From: an uncultured Candidatus Rokubacteria bacterium
Lineage (GTDB): Bacteria; Methylomirabilota; Methylomirabilia; Rokubacteriales; CSP1-6
Direction: 5' to 3'
Length of the DNA stretch: 64,000 nucleotides
NCBI GenBank assembly: GCA_963754315.1
Contig: CAVWFS010000018.1
Location: 320,001-384,000, forward strand
Positions 27,939 through 38,467 of this stretch are shown here, piece after piece; position 1 is the stretch's first letter, and every line of letters begins with the position of its first letter. Under the pieces are notes generated by a model. The model did no database searches, had not been told where the DNA came from, and saw nothing but the letters and a program-made list of their open reading frames with translations. Both the position numbers and the translations under genes were made by a program.

Positions 27939-29192
27939 TTACGTTGCCGCAAGCGGGGAGCTGGCGCCGACTTCGGCCTCGATGCGCTCCACGTTGACAA
28001 GCGGAACCAGGGCCCACGCCAGCGCGGTCATCACCGCTGAAATCAGAATGAGCGGGGTGTAGCCGACCCAGTCGTAGAGGCGTCCCCCCACATTCTGCGA
28101 GAGCTGGGTACCTCCGTTGGAGATCGACATGAGGAGCGCAAAGAACGTGCCTTCCACGTGGCGGGGGCAGACCTTGGCGGCGAGGTCGAGAAAGGCAAGC
28201 TGCGTGAGCATCGAGACGAAGCCTCCCACCAGGTCGATGGCGATTGCCGATGCTGGCCCCTGATATCCGAGATAGGCGAGCATGCTCACGACGCTCGCGC
28301 CGATGGTTCCCCCGATGATCGGCCGGAGCCGATGGCGTCGGGAAAGGGGCGCGTACGTGACGGCGCCCAGGATGGCCCCCACCGAGGCCAGCGAAGCGAG
28401 GACCCCAATGAACTCCTGGCTGAAATGGAGGACGTCGGTCTGGTAGTAGAGAAACGCCGGTCCTAAGGATGGGCTGAAGTTGAAGAAGAAGATGAAGCCG
28501 CCCACGAGCCAGATCTCGCGGCGCCTGGAGCTCTCCTGGATGACCTGCCACCTGGCACGAAAGGCGGACCGATCGCCCGGTGCTCGCGGCTCTCGGATGA
28601 ACACGAGCGCCATGATCAGCGAGAGGAGCGGGAAGCCGGCAGCGCAGGCGAAGGCTACGTCGAGGCGTCGCCCTCCTGCCAGGTACCCGCCCCCGATGCC
28701 AACCAGGAGCGACGCAAGGTAGATGGCCGCCCACTGCACGGCCTGGAGGGCGCCCGTCAGACCGCGTGGCCGCCCATGCTCCACCATGAGGGCGTCGGTG
28801 AGGACGTCGGTGAAGGCAAGTCCCAGCCCCATGAGCGCCACGAGCAGGGCGGTGGGCCAGTACGCATGCTCGCGCATCAGGGCAAGCGCGAAGCCGGCTG
28901 CTGCGGCGAGGGAGGTGGTCAGCAGAAAGTAGCTCAGGCGTCGTCGGCCGCAGAGCGGCACGAAGTCCGACAGGAGCCCGTAGGCGGGCTTGATCAGCCA
29001 GGGGATGGTCGTGATCAGGAAGAAATCGGCGACCTGGCCTGCTGATAGACCCCGGTCCTTGAAGACGATGGTCAAGGCCTGGGTGGGCAGATACCACATG
29101 CCCTGCGCGAAGTACACGACACCGAAGAGGAGGGCCAGTCGCCTCCCGTCTGGTGTCGTGAAGGGGTTGAGCCGGACGAGGGTGGCGAGCAC
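27939..29192 (-). CDS. MFS transporter, BT1 folate/biopterin family-like
   Basis: About 12 TM segments, PWLIKPAYGLLSD..P..GRRRLSY, DVLTDALMVE, EGTFFALLMSISN. Confidence 0.85.
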   Translation of the reverse strand: MLATLVRLNPFTTPDGRRLALLFGVVYFAQGMWYLPTQALTIVFKDRGLSAGQVADFFLITTIPWLIKPAYGLLSDFVPLCGRRRLSYFLLTTSLAAAAGFALALMREHAYWPTALLVALMGLGLAFTDVLTDALMVEHGRPRGLTGALQAVQWAAIYLASLLVGIGGGYLAGGRRLDVAFACAAGFPLLSLIMALVFIREPRAPGDRSAFRARWQVIQESSRRREIWLVGGFIFFFNFSPSLGPAFLYYQTDVLHFSQEFIGVLASLASVGAILGAVTYAPLSRRHRLRPIIGGTIGASVVSMLAYLGYQGPASAIAIDLVGGFVSMLTQLAFLDLAAKVCPRHVEGTFFALLMSISNGGTQLSQNVGGRLYDWVGYTPLILISAVMTALAWALVPLVNVERIEAEVGASSPLAAT

Positions 29193-29220
29193 TGGGCGGC
29201 ATGATACCGTAGACGGCGCC

Positions 29221-31266
29221 ATGCGCTCGGTGTGTCCACACGACTGCCCTTCGGCCTGTGGCCTCCTGGTGTCCGTGCAGAACGGACGGCTGACCGACGT
29301 CACCGGTGACCCCGCGCATCCGTTCACACAAGGGGTCATCTGTGGCAAAGTCCGCGCCTATGTCGAACGCGCCCACTCGCCTCTGCGCGTGCTCACGCCA
29401 CTTCGTCGGGTCGGACCGAAGGGGTCTGGTCGCTTCGAATCGATCTCGTGGGCCGACGCTCTTACCGAGATCGTCGCTCGCTGGCGCTCGATCATCGCCG
29501 AGGACGGCCCGGAAGCGATCCTGCCGTACTCCTACGCCGGCACCATGGGACATGTTCAGTACCATGCCGGCCATCCCTTGTTTCACGCACTGGGGGCCAG
29601 CCGACTCGCTCGGACGATCTGCGTGTCCACGGCTTACGCGGGCTGGCGCGCCACCGTGGGAACCCTCACCGGCAACGACTCCGAGCAGATGGTGGGCGCC
29701 GATCTGGTCGTCCTCTGGGGGATTAATGCGGCATACTCCTCGATCAATGTGATGACGCTGGTCAAGCAGGCGCGTGGGCGGGGGGCCTGGGTGGTCGCGG
29801 TCGATCCCTACCGAAACTCGACCGTCCGGCAGGCTGACGAGCATCTGATGGTCCGTCCGGGGACCGATTCGGCGCTGGCCCTGGCCATCATGCACGTGCT
29901 GATCGAGGAGGGGCTTGTCGATCAGGAGTACGTCGCGCGGGCCACCCTGGGCTACGATCGCTTGGCCGCTCACGTGCGAGGCTACGCGCCGGCGGCGGTG
30001 GCCGACATCGTCGGCTTGCCGACGGAGACGATCGTGCGCTTCGCGCGCCGCTACGGAGCGAGCCCGCGTTCGTTCATCCGGATCGGCATCGGACTGTCCC
30101 GGCACGACAACGGCGGGATGACCTGCCGAACCCTCGCCTGCCTGCCAGCCCTCACCGGCGCCTACGCCGATCCACACGGGGGCGCCTTGCTCTCATCCAG
30201 CCAGGCCTTCGATTTCAGCATGCGGCTTCTGGAGCGGCCCGACCTCCTGCGGCGACCGGCGCCGAGGGTGATCAACATGATCCACCTCGGACGCGTCCTC
30301 ACCGATCAGGCGCTGACCCCGCCCGTCCGGGCGCTCTACGTCTACAATTCGAATCCGGCTGCCGTCTGCCCTCATCAATCCCTGGTCATGCAGGGACTGG
30401 CCCGGGATGACCTCTTCACGGTCGTCCACGAGCAGATCATGACCGACACGGCCCGACACGCCGATCTCGTATTGCCGGCCACGACCGACCTGGAACACGT
30501 GGACCTCTATGGGTCCTATGGACACCTGTATGTCCAGCTCGCGGAGCCGGTCATGCCGCCCGCCGGCGAAGCGCGCTCGAACTGGGAGGTGTTCCGGGCC
30601 CTGGCCGGCGCCCTCGGGGTGGCCGAGGAGCACTACGCACGGACCGAGGAGCAGTTCATCCGGGAGATCCTGGCCAGCGGTGGTCCGGCCACCCGTGACA
30701 TCACGTGGGAGGGGCTTCGTGAGGCGGGATTCGTGCGGCTGAACGTGCCGCGGCCCTATGTGCCTTTTGCTGATGGCGCCCCTACCCCGTCCGGGAAGGT
30801 TGAATTCTACTCGGAGCGTCTCATGCGAGCGGGCCTTCCGCCCCTGCCGACCTACGTGCCTCTGAGGGAGGGGCCTGACAATCCAGAGCTGGCGGGGCGC
30901 TACCCCCTGCAGTGTATTGTGCCTCCCAACCGCTTCTTCCTGAACTCATCGTTCAGCCAGTCCACGCGTCTCAGGTCGCGCCAGCGGGGAGCGGACGTTC
31001 TCGTGGCGCCGGCCGACGCCGCCCGCCGAGCGATCGGCGAGGGCGACGAAGTCCGTGTGTTCAATGGCCGGGGAGAAGCGCGATTCCGGGCACGCATCAC
31101 CGAGGACACACGACCCGGCGTGATCGTGATCGAGGGGGTATGGTGGCATCGCTTCCAGCCGGGCAGTCGCAACGTCAACGTCCTCACCAGCGATCGCGTT
31201 GTTGACATGGGCGGCGGACCTGCCTTTCACTCGAACCTCGTGGAGATCGAAAGGGTGCCGGCATGA
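29221..31266 (+). CDS. Molybdopterin (bis-MGD) oxidoreductase of an uncharacterised subfamily
   Basis: CPHDCPSAC Fe-S motif, GDPAHPFTQGVICGK, VRPGTDSALA, ADLVLPAT, TPSGKVEF, C-terminal dinucleotide-binding domain. No signal peptide. Confidence 0.9.
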   Translation: MRSVCPHDCPSACGLLVSVQNGRLTDVTGDPAHPFTQGVICGKVRAYVERAHSPLRVLTPLRRVGPKGSGRFESISWADALTEIVARWRSIIAEDGPEAILPYSYAGTMGHVQYHAGHPLFHALGASRLARTICVSTAYAGWRATVGTLTGNDSEQMVGADLVVLWGINAAYSSINVMTLVKQARGRGAWVVAVDPYRNSTVRQADEHLMVRPGTDSALALAIMHVLIEEGLVDQEYVARATLGYDRLAAHVRGYAPAAVADIVGLPTETIVRFARRYGASPRSFIRIGIGLSRHDNGGMTCRTLACLPALTGAYADPHGGALLSSSQAFDFSMRLLERPDLLRRPAPRVINMIHLGRVLTDQALTPPVRALYVYNSNPAAVCPHQSLVMQGLARDDLFTVVHEQIMTDTARHADLVLPATTDLEHVDLYGSYGHLYVQLAEPVMPPAGEARSNWEVFRALAGALGVAEEHYARTEEQFIREILASGGPATRDITWEGLREAGFVRLNVPRPYVPFADGAPTPSGKVEFYSERLMRAGLPPLPTYVPLREGPDNPELAGRYPLQCIVPPNRFFLNSSFSQSTRLRSRQRGADVLVAPADAARRAIGEGDEVRVFNGRGEARFRARITEDTRPGVIVIEGVWWHRFQPGSRNVNVLTSDRVVDMGGGPAFHSNLVEIERVPA

Positions 31267-32066
31267 GCGTGGCGCGGGCGGGTGTTCCCCTCGTCCAGGT
31301 CGACGCGTTCACCGGCGCCCCATTCGGGGGCAACCCGGCCGCGGTGTGCCTGCTGACGGGCCCGGCGGACGAGGCCTGGATGCAAGACGTGGCGCGCGAG
31401 ATGAACCTCTCGGAAACGGCGTTCCTCTATCCCGAGGGGGCCGGATACCGGCTACGGTGGTTCACGCCCACGGTGGAGGTGGACCTCTGCGGCCATGCCA
31501 CCTTGGCCAGCGCCCACGTTCTCTGGGAGAGCGGCCGCGTTGGGCCCGAAACCCGCATCGACTTTCAGACCAAGAGCGGATGGCTGTCGGCAGAGCGCCA
31601 GGACGGGTGGATCGAGCTCGACTTTCCCGCCAAGCCGGTGGAGCCGGTGGCGGCGCCACCCGATCTCCTCCCTGCGCTTGGAGTCCCCGCGCGCTTCGTG
31701 GGGCGCAATCGTCTCGACTATCTGGTGGAGGTAGAGGGCGAGTCGGCCGTGCGCGCGCTCCGGCCGGATCTGACTCGGCTGGCGTCGCTCCCGGTGCGGG
31801 GGGTGATGGTCACAAGCGCCGCGGACGATTCCCGATATGATTTCGTCTCTCGGTTCTTTGCGCCCGGCTCCGGTATCGTGGAGGACCCGGTGACCGGTTC
31901 GGCGCATTGCGCGTTGGGCCCCTACTGGATGCCGAGGCTGGGAAAGGAACAGCTCCTCGGCTACCAGGCCTCGGCGCGGGGAGGGACCGTGCGTGTTCGC
32001 GTGGCAGGGGACCGTGTGCGGCTGGGTGGCCAGGCGGTTACGGTATTGCGTGGCGAGCTCGTCTGA
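31263..32066 (+). CDS. PhzF family isomerase
   Basis: QVDAFT...GNPAAV, NLSETAF, EVDLCGHATLA, EDPVTGSAHC. Confidence 0.92.
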   Translation: MSVARAGVPLVQVDAFTGAPFGGNPAAVCLLTGPADEAWMQDVAREMNLSETAFLYPEGAGYRLRWFTPTVEVDLCGHATLASAHVLWESGRVGPETRIDFQTKSGWLSAERQDGWIELDFPAKPVEPVAAPPDLLPALGVPARFVGRNRLDYLVEVEGESAVRALRPDLTRLASLPVRGVMVTSAADDSRYDFVSRFFAPGSGIVEDPVTGSAHCALGPYWMPRLGKEQLLGYQASARGGTVRVRVAGDRVRLGGQAVTVLRGELV

Positions 32067-32109
32067 GATGGTGTCGTCGAACGGGCGACAAGGAGGGGAG
32101 GAATCGCTC

Positions 32110-33381
32110 GTGAGAATCCTGATCATCCTGTGCTTGGCGAGCGCTCTCGTAGCCGTCGCGGGCGAGGTGGGGTGGGCCCAGGACAGCGATCGTCCGCGGG
32201 CCTACCTCGGACTCAAGTTCTTCGACACGAATCCCGCGACTGGTGTGCACGATCTGTTCGGGTTCTCGCTCGGTGCGAACGTGAACAAGTACTTCGGCGC
32301 CGAGCTGTCGTTTCAGGAGTACGAGGTCTTTCCCGATATCTCGCCGTACGGGACCATCGGCGAGTACGGTGTGTTCACCATCATCCCGCAAGCGCGCCTC
32401 CGGTACCCGCTGTGGAACGACCGGCTCGTGCCGTACCTGTTTGGCGGGGTGGGAGTCGGTCTCACCCGCTTCAACGACCGCAAGCCCCGTGGATTCGGGC
32501 TCCAGATCCAGGATGGCACCAAGACCACGGTGGCGGGGACGGTCGGCCTCGGCATCGAGTATTTCGTTGCCGACAATATCGCGCTGGGCATGGAGGCCGG
32601 CTACCTGTTTGCGCCCGATGCGACGCTCATGGTTCAGGGCGTACCCGAGAAGGTGAAGATCAGCGCTCCCCTGGTGACCTTCGGGATGCGCCTCCTCTAC
32701 CCGGAGGTGGTTCCGGCGCCCATGGCCGAAGCGCGTAAGGATGTGCCGGCCCGCCTGTACATCGGCGCTCGTGCGGGAGGCGCCCTCAATCTCGACACCG
32801 ACCTGATCCCTGGAGTCCAGGCAGAGCCGAGCAACAACGCAATTGGCGGAGCGCTGAGCCCGACCTTTGGGGCGTCGCTGGGCCTGAACTTCGGCCGCTA
32901 CTTCGGCGCGGAGCTCGCCGTCGACGGGTTCGAGGTCAACATGAATGTGAACGGCCTCGGCAATGTCGGTGAGTGGGCCATCTACACCATCATTCCATAT
33001 TTCAGGCTGCGCTACCCCATGGTCAGAGACCGCGTGCAGCCCTATCTGCTGGCTGGCTTCGGCTACGGTCACACCGAGTTCAATGACCGGAAGCCACCGG
33101 GCGCGGATCTACGGTTCAATGCCGACAACGACACCTGGGCCATGGGGGTGGGGGCAGGGATCGAGTACTTCGTGACGAGCAACATCGCGCTCGGCTTTGA
33201 GATGAAGTACCTCTACTCGGGGGGACAATCCATCAAGATCACTCCCACATCATCGGCGACCCCGCCAGCGAGTGGAGTCAGTGCTTCCGGCAATGCCAAC
33301 GTGTCTGCCCTGCTCTTCAGCGTCGGCGTCCGTGCCTTCCTCTTCGACTTTCCTGGCTGGAAACCGCGCGGCGGGTCTTGA
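32110..33381 (+). CDS. Outer-membrane protein with two tandem OmpA/OmpW-like beta-barrel domains
   Basis: Signal peptide and an internal duplication: YFGAEL...TIIP..RLRYP...PYL..G.G...FNDRKP...GIEYFV..NIALG occurs twice. Confidence 0.8.
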   Translation: MRILIILCLASALVAVAGEVGWAQDSDRPRAYLGLKFFDTNPATGVHDLFGFSLGANVNKYFGAELSFQEYEVFPDISPYGTIGEYGVFTIIPQARLRYPLWNDRLVPYLFGGVGVGLTRFNDRKPRGFGLQIQDGTKTTVAGTVGLGIEYFVADNIALGMEAGYLFAPDATLMVQGVPEKVKISAPLVTFGMRLLYPEVVPAPMAEARKDVPARLYIGARAGGALNLDTDLIPGVQAEPSNNAIGGALSPTFGASLGLNFGRYFGAELAVDGFEVNMNVNGLGNVGEWAIYTIIPYFRLRYPMVRDRVQPYLLAGFGYGHTEFNDRKPPGADLRFNADNDTWAMGVGAGIEYFVTSNIALGFEMKYLYSGGQSIKITPTSSATPPASGVSASGNANVSALLFSVGVRAFLFDFPGWKPRGGS

Positions 33382-33385
33382 TGGA

Positions 33386-33408
33386 TTGGGGGCCTCGACA
33401 GGGCCCCC
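33386..33408. repeat. REP-like palindrome between convergent genes
   Basis: TTGGGGGCCTCGACAGGGCCCCC closely resembles the reverse complement (ATGGGGGCCCTCGAAGGGGCCCCC) of the 10.2-kb repeat. Confidence 0.65.
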
Positions 33409-33409
33409 G

Positions 33410-36173
33410 CTACACCCCGACGGGGGCGCGAGTGTCGGGGGCGAGGGTGGGGGTCGTCGTGGCTCTCAGTCGAGGCCGTATCAGCTGGAGGATGACGGGG
33501 AGGACTACGAGGGCCGCCACCATGCTGGCGGCGGTACCGAGAGTGAGGAGCAGCCCCAGGCCAAAGATCCCCCGGTGGTCGGCGAGCATGAGGCTCCCAA
33601 AACCGGCCACGGTGGTCAGGCCGTTCACGAGCACAGCCATGATCGTGCTGCGCGGGATGAGGGGGGCCCCGGGGTCGCGCCGCGTCTCCATGTGGCGCAT
33701 CACGATGTTGAGGCCGTACTCGGCGGCGGCCCCCAGCATCAGCGGCAGCGCGAAGATGTTTCCCATGGTGAAGTCGAGGTTGAAGGCCGCCATCAGCCCG
33801 CCCGTCCAGATGAGGCCCAGGGCGAGGGGGAGCAGGGCGAGCAAGGTGTCACGTACACGGCGCAGCAGGGCAAAGATGGCGCCGGTGACGAGGATGATGG
33901 CGTAGATGGTCCCTTGCTTATAGGCCCGTTGCATCAGGGTGATGGACTCGTAGGTGATGATAGGGGTCCCTGTCACGTCGGGATCGACGCTTCGCAGCTC
34001 GCTCACGAACTGGGTCGCGCCCGCCCGCTCCCAGATGTCGACCTTGGGATGGATTTGTAACAGGAAGCGCCCTCGCTCGCTGACGAACTTTCGCTTGAGC
34101 TCCGGCGAGATACTGTCGAGCTCGATCGGACCCGGGTTCAGGTTGGCCTGCAGCCGCTGAAACTTCAGGGTGAAGTCACGCGTGATCTGCCGCTGCAGGT
34201 TGTTCAGGATCGGCTGGCTTGTCTCGGGATCAATTCGCCGGAGCTTCTCGACGAGCCGTCCCACCTCGGCCGTCACCCGCGTGAGCTTGCTTCTGACCTC
34301 GCCAGCCGGTGCCTCGACCGCCGCGATGTCGAGCCGACGCTGGAGCGACCCGAGCTCCTCGATGAGACGCGGCACGTCGACCGGCGCGGCGCGGCCGATC
34401 CGGACCGGGCTCACCAGTTCCGCGAAATCCCCGATGATCTTGCGCTTTTCGGGCTGGTCATTGGGAATGAACAGGAGAGCGGAGTCGACCTCGGAGACAC
34501 TCGGGAGACGGGCAAAGGCATCACGCTTGTCGCGCACCTCTTCCAGGGATCCCGCGCTGGCGAGGGCGGCGAAGCCGGAGCGTCCAGCCGAGCTCAGAAT
34601 GCGCCTCTCCCACACCACGGATTCGGTGCCGGCGGCCTGCAGGTTCAGAAGGTTGTAGTCGAAGCGGACATTCCGCATTCCCCACAGGGCGAGCAGCGTG
34701 AGGATGGCCACCATGGCCAGTACCATCCGCGGATGGCGGGTGATCTGGTCCACGAGGGGCACCCGCATGCTCTCCAGGCGCAGGGCGCGTGGAATGGCAG
34801 CACCTGCGGTCGCGGAGTGACGGCGGTCCACGATGACAAGCACGGCCGGGAACACGGTCATCATGGAGACCCAGGCGAGCAGGATGGACACCCCGGCGAT
34901 GAAGCCCAATTCCTGGAGCCCGCGAAAGTCGGTGAGCATGAGGACGAAGAACGTCCCCCCCGCCGTCACGGCGCCGAGGAGCATTCCCGGCCCACTCCGC
35001 CCCGCCGTGATCTCGATAGCTTCCCGCAAGCTGCGCCCCAGGAAGAGCTCCTCCTCGTAGCGGAAGAGGAAGTAGATGCCGTAATCGATGCCAATGCCGA
35101 CCACGATCGAGATGAACATCACCGAGAAGAGCGAAAGATGCCCGATGACGAGGGTGGCCACCCCGATGGACCAGCACAGGCTCAGGGTGAGAATGGTCAG
35201 CATCAGCAGAGGCTTGCCCACCCGAAGGAAGGCGAGGAGGAGCAGGGCGAGCGTGAGGGCGAACGAAAGAATGCTGGCGTGTTCGCTGTCGCGGAAGGCC
35301 GCCGTCATTTCGTCGCTGGCCAAGGCGGGCTTGCCGGTCACGCCGACCTGCACGGCGGGGAAATCCCCCTTGAGGGAGGCGATCACCTCGCGGATGCCCT
35401 CGATGGCCGCCCGGTCCTCGAGGAAACTCTCCTTGGTGCCGATCGGCTCCGCCAGGATGAACAGCAGGCGCTGGTCCTCCGACAGGAAGTAGCCGCCACC
35501 CCGCTCATCACCCTCGGGCACGGAGAAGAGGGATCCGAACGGCGAGCGGTAGGGGAGAGGGCGGTCCAGACGCTGAGAGATCTGGCTGACGAGGTCCTCG
35601 ATGAAGCGAAGATCGACTGGCCCCTTGGACTCGGACAGGCCGAGGTCGAGAAACCCCGAGGCGAACGCGCTCGCGACCTGCGTCGAGATCCCCTGCACGA
35701 GCATGTCGAGGGTCGGCCGACCGGCGAAGGCCTCCATCAACTCCTGGTTGTCGTAGAGCTTGTCCCGGATCTCGCGCAAGCGCTCGGGCGAGAGATAGAG
35801 GAGCGCGCGGCCCTCGAAGTGCTTGGGGTCGATGCGAAACGCCACGCGCCCCAACGGGACCTTTCGCGCCCGCAACTCGCCCACCAGGCGAGTGGCGTAG
35901 TCCTTCGCCTCGGTGAGGGAGGTAGCCTCCACCACGATGGCGACGTCGTCGAGATCCCCGAAATCCCGGCTGTACTCTACCCAGCGGAGGATGTAGGGCC
36001 GGTCCTGGGGAAGAAGGTCCCGCGTGTGACGTCTTGAACGTCATGAAGGCCAGGGTGTAGAGGAGGCTGACGCCCGCCAGAGCCACGGCCACCCCGACCG
36101 TCAACCATGGGCGCACGCACGACAGGGAGGTCAGACGGCGCAGGAGCCGTCCGATCGTGGAAACCCGTACCAC
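33410..36173 (-). CDS. hpnN: MMPL/RND family hopanoid transporter HpnN (+1 frameshift near 36027)
   Basis: Two MMPL repeats: GVTGKPAL..DE, GIGIDYGIY, VTGTPII, LTTVAGFGSL. The N-terminal TM is in another frame and joins at KTS-TRDLLP. Lies in the shc cluster. Confidence 0.82.
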
Positions 36174-36183
36174 CGCCGGTAGC

Positions 36184-37257
36184 CTATTCTTCGCCGGCGA
36201 TGAACCTCTCGAGCCGATGGTGAGCCAGGTCGTCGGCCCACTGCTCGGGAGGGGACTTCATCAGGTAGGCCGAGGGTGCCAGAAGGGCACCCTTGAGCCC
36301 GCGATCGAGCGCCACCTTGCACGCCCGGACGGCGTCGATGACGACACCGGCGGAGTTGGGCGAGTCCCACACTTCGAGCTTGAGCTCGACGTTGATGGGC
36401 TGATCGCCGAAGCCCCGACCTTCCAAGCGGATGTGCGCCCACTTGCGGTCGGCCAGCCACGGCACGTAGTCGCTGGGCCCGATGTGGATGGCCTCGGGAG
36501 GAAGATCATGACCGAGTTGGGAGCGCACCGCGTCGGTCTTGGAGATTTTCTTGGACACGAGCCGCTCCCGCTCGAGCATGTTGTAGAAGTCGGTGTTGCC
36601 CCCGAAGTTCAACTGGCTGGTGCGGTCGAGGCGGACGCCCCGATCCATGAACAGTCGGGTGAGCACGCGATGGATGATGGTCGCCCCCACCTGGGACTTC
36701 ACGTCATCGCCCACCAGGGGTAAGCCCCGCTCCTCGAACCGACGGCGCCAATAGGTCTCGCGAGCGATGAACACCGGGATGCAGTTGACGAAGGCGCAGC
36801 CTGCCTCCAGCACCTGCTCCACATACCACTTGGTCGCCATCTCGCTTCCCACGGGCAGGAAGTTGACCACCACATGGGTACCGGTCTCGCGCAGGATACC
36901 GGTGATATCGGCCGTCGACCCCTTAGCCTTCGTGATCATCTGGGACAGATAGAGGCCGAGACCGTCGTGGGTCATCCCCCGCTGCACGGGCACCCCCAGG
37001 GTCGGGACTGAGGCGAACTTCACGGTATTGTTCGGTTCCTGGAAGATGGCCTCGGCCAGGTCCCGGCCGACCTTCCGCTCGTCGATGTCGAAGGCGGCCG
37101 AGAACTCGATGTCTCCTACGTGATAGCCCCCCAGGCGGGGATGCATGAGACCGGGGATGAACGTGTCGTCGGCGGCCTGGCGATAGTACTGCACGCCTTG
37201 CACGAGCGACGAGGCGCAGTTGCCGACGCCGATAATGGCCACACGTAAGGAGCTCAC
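36184..37257 (-). CDS. ino1: myo-inositol-1-phosphate synthase
   Basis: [57 protein letters not shown]. Confidence 0.95.
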   Translation of the reverse strand: MSSLRVAIIGVGNCASSLVQGVQYYRQAADDTFIPGLMHPRLGGYHVGDIEFSAAFDIDERKVGRDLAEAIFQEPNNTVKFASVPTLGVPVQRGMTHDGLGLYLSQMITKAKGSTADITGILRETGTHVVVNFLPVGSEMATKWYVEQVLEAGCAFVNCIPVFIARETYWRRRFEERGLPLVGDDVKSQVGATIIHRVLTRLFMDRGVRLDRTSQLNFGGNTDFYNMLERERLVSKKISKTDAVRSQLGHDLPPEAIHIGPSDYVPWLADRKWAHIRLEGRGFGDQPINVELKLEVWDSPNSAGVVIDAVRACKVALDRGLKGALLAPSAYLMKSPPEQWADDLAHHRLERFIAGEE

Positions 37258-37292
37258 TGGATCCTCCTCCGAGCGCAGTGACACAGCGTGTC

Positions 37293-37301
37293 AGTTTAGC
37301 A
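37293..37301 (-). promoter_or_regulatory. Extended -10 promoter upstream of ino1-hpnN
   Basis: Minus strand TG-C-TAAACT about 35 nt upstream of the GTG, with a GGAGGAGG RBS. Confidence 0.45.
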
Positions 37302-37362
37302 CGGTCGACGGCGGGCGCCCCTCATTGCAGCTGCCCCCCTCGATCCGTGCCGCGCAGGAACC

Positions 37363-37989
37363 CTACGTCTTCTTGTCGTCCAGGATCAGCTCGTTCTGCT
37401 TGTTCTTCATTCGATCGACAAGGGCCTGGTAGGACGACGTCTGGATGATCTTGTTGAACTGGGTCCGATAGTTGTTGATGAGACCAACCCCCTCGATCAC
37501 CACGTCGTAGGCGAGCCACCGATCGTTGCGCTTGAGCATGCGATAGTCGACGGGGATGTCGGTCCCTTGCTTCGTGATGATCTTGGTGCGCACGAGGGCC
37601 ACGTCGCCCTCGATGGTGTCTCCATTAAAGGCGATCTTTTCCCCGCCGTAGTTCTCGATCCGGGACACGTAGGCTCGCTCCAGAAGATCGGCGAAGAGCT
37701 TGACGAACTCCTCACGCTCGGCCGGCGTGCGGGCCTGCCAGTGACGCGCCAGCGCGCGCTTGGACATTTCGGTGAAGTCGAATGTCTCGGCCGCGATGCG
37801 GCGGACGGCTTCCCGCCGTTCGGTGGCCTTCCCCGCCTTCTTGAGCTCTGGATCTTCCACCGTCTTGAGCACCTTCTCGATCTGAGACCGCAACTGGTCA
37901 GTCGGCGCCCCGGCCCCTGCGTCCTGGCTCGCCACCAGGGCCAAGAGCAGAGCAAGCCCTATTGCCACGCGAAGTGGGCGTGACGTCAT
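37363..37989 (-). CDS. MlaC/Ttg2D/HpnM family periplasmic lipid-binding protein
   Basis: FDFTEMSKRALARHW, VDYRM, WLAYDVVIEGVGLINNYRTQF. Confidence 0.9.
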   Translation of the reverse strand: MTSRPLRVAIGLALLLALVASQDAGAGAPTDQLRSQIEKVLKTVEDPELKKAGKATERREAVRRIAAETFDFTEMSKRALARHWQARTPAEREEFVKLFADLLERAYVSRIENYGGEKIAFNGDTIEGDVALVRTKIITKQGTDIPVDYRMLKRNDRWLAYDVVIEGVGLINNYRTQFNKIIQTSSYQALVDRMKNKQNELILDDKKT

Positions 37990-38012
37990 CGGTTGGTCCT
38001 CCCTCCCGTTTC

Positions 38013-38453
38013 TCACACTTTGCCGAAGACGTACTTGGAGAGCAACTCCTCGAGATCGACGGGCGGTTGGACCTCGCGCAACTGCCCGTTGGGTGGCACG
38101 ACGCGCTCGGAGCCGCCCGGGCTGATGTTGACATACCGCTCACCGATCAGGCCCTTGGTCTTGATGGCGACGATGGCGTCTTCCGTCAGCTTGATCTGGG
38201 GTTGCATCCGGAGCACCACGTGCGCCTGGTCGTCCTTGAGGCGTATGGACTCGACACTCCCTACCGGTACTCCGGCGATCTCGACGTTGGCTCCGACCTT
38301 GAGGCCGGACGACGTGGGAAAGTCGGCGCTCACCAGGTAGCCGCGGCTGCCGAACAGGGACACGCGTCCCAGCTTGATCGACAGGTACGCGAGGGCCAGG
38401 ATGCCCAGGACGAGAAAGATTCCGACCGTCACGTTGACCTTGGTGCGCTCCAT
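38013..38453 (-). CDS. mlaD: MlaD (MCE domain) protein
   Basis: N-terminal TM, GLKVGANVEIAGVPVGSV, IKTKGLIGERY. Confidence 0.92.
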   Translation of the reverse strand: MERTKVNVTVGIFLVLGILALAYLSIKLGRVSLFGSRGYLVSADFPTSSGLKVGANVEIAGVPVGSVESIRLKDDQAHVVLRMQPQIKLTEDAIVAIKTKGLIGERYVNISPGGSERVVPPNGQLREVQPPVDLEELLSKYVFGKV

Positions 38454-38467
38454 GTGCTGGCTCCTCT

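Noticed and set aside
27871..30177. Long antisense or alternate-frame ORFs (e.g. 768 aa here, 722 aa at 59368-61536, 465 aa at 1181-2578)
   Set aside because: These are shadow ORFs expected in high-GC DNA. They overlap well-supported genes and have no recognisable motifs.
31263..32066. Phenazine biosynthesis cluster
   Set aside because: Only a lone PhzF-family gene is present, with no phzA/B/D/E/G.
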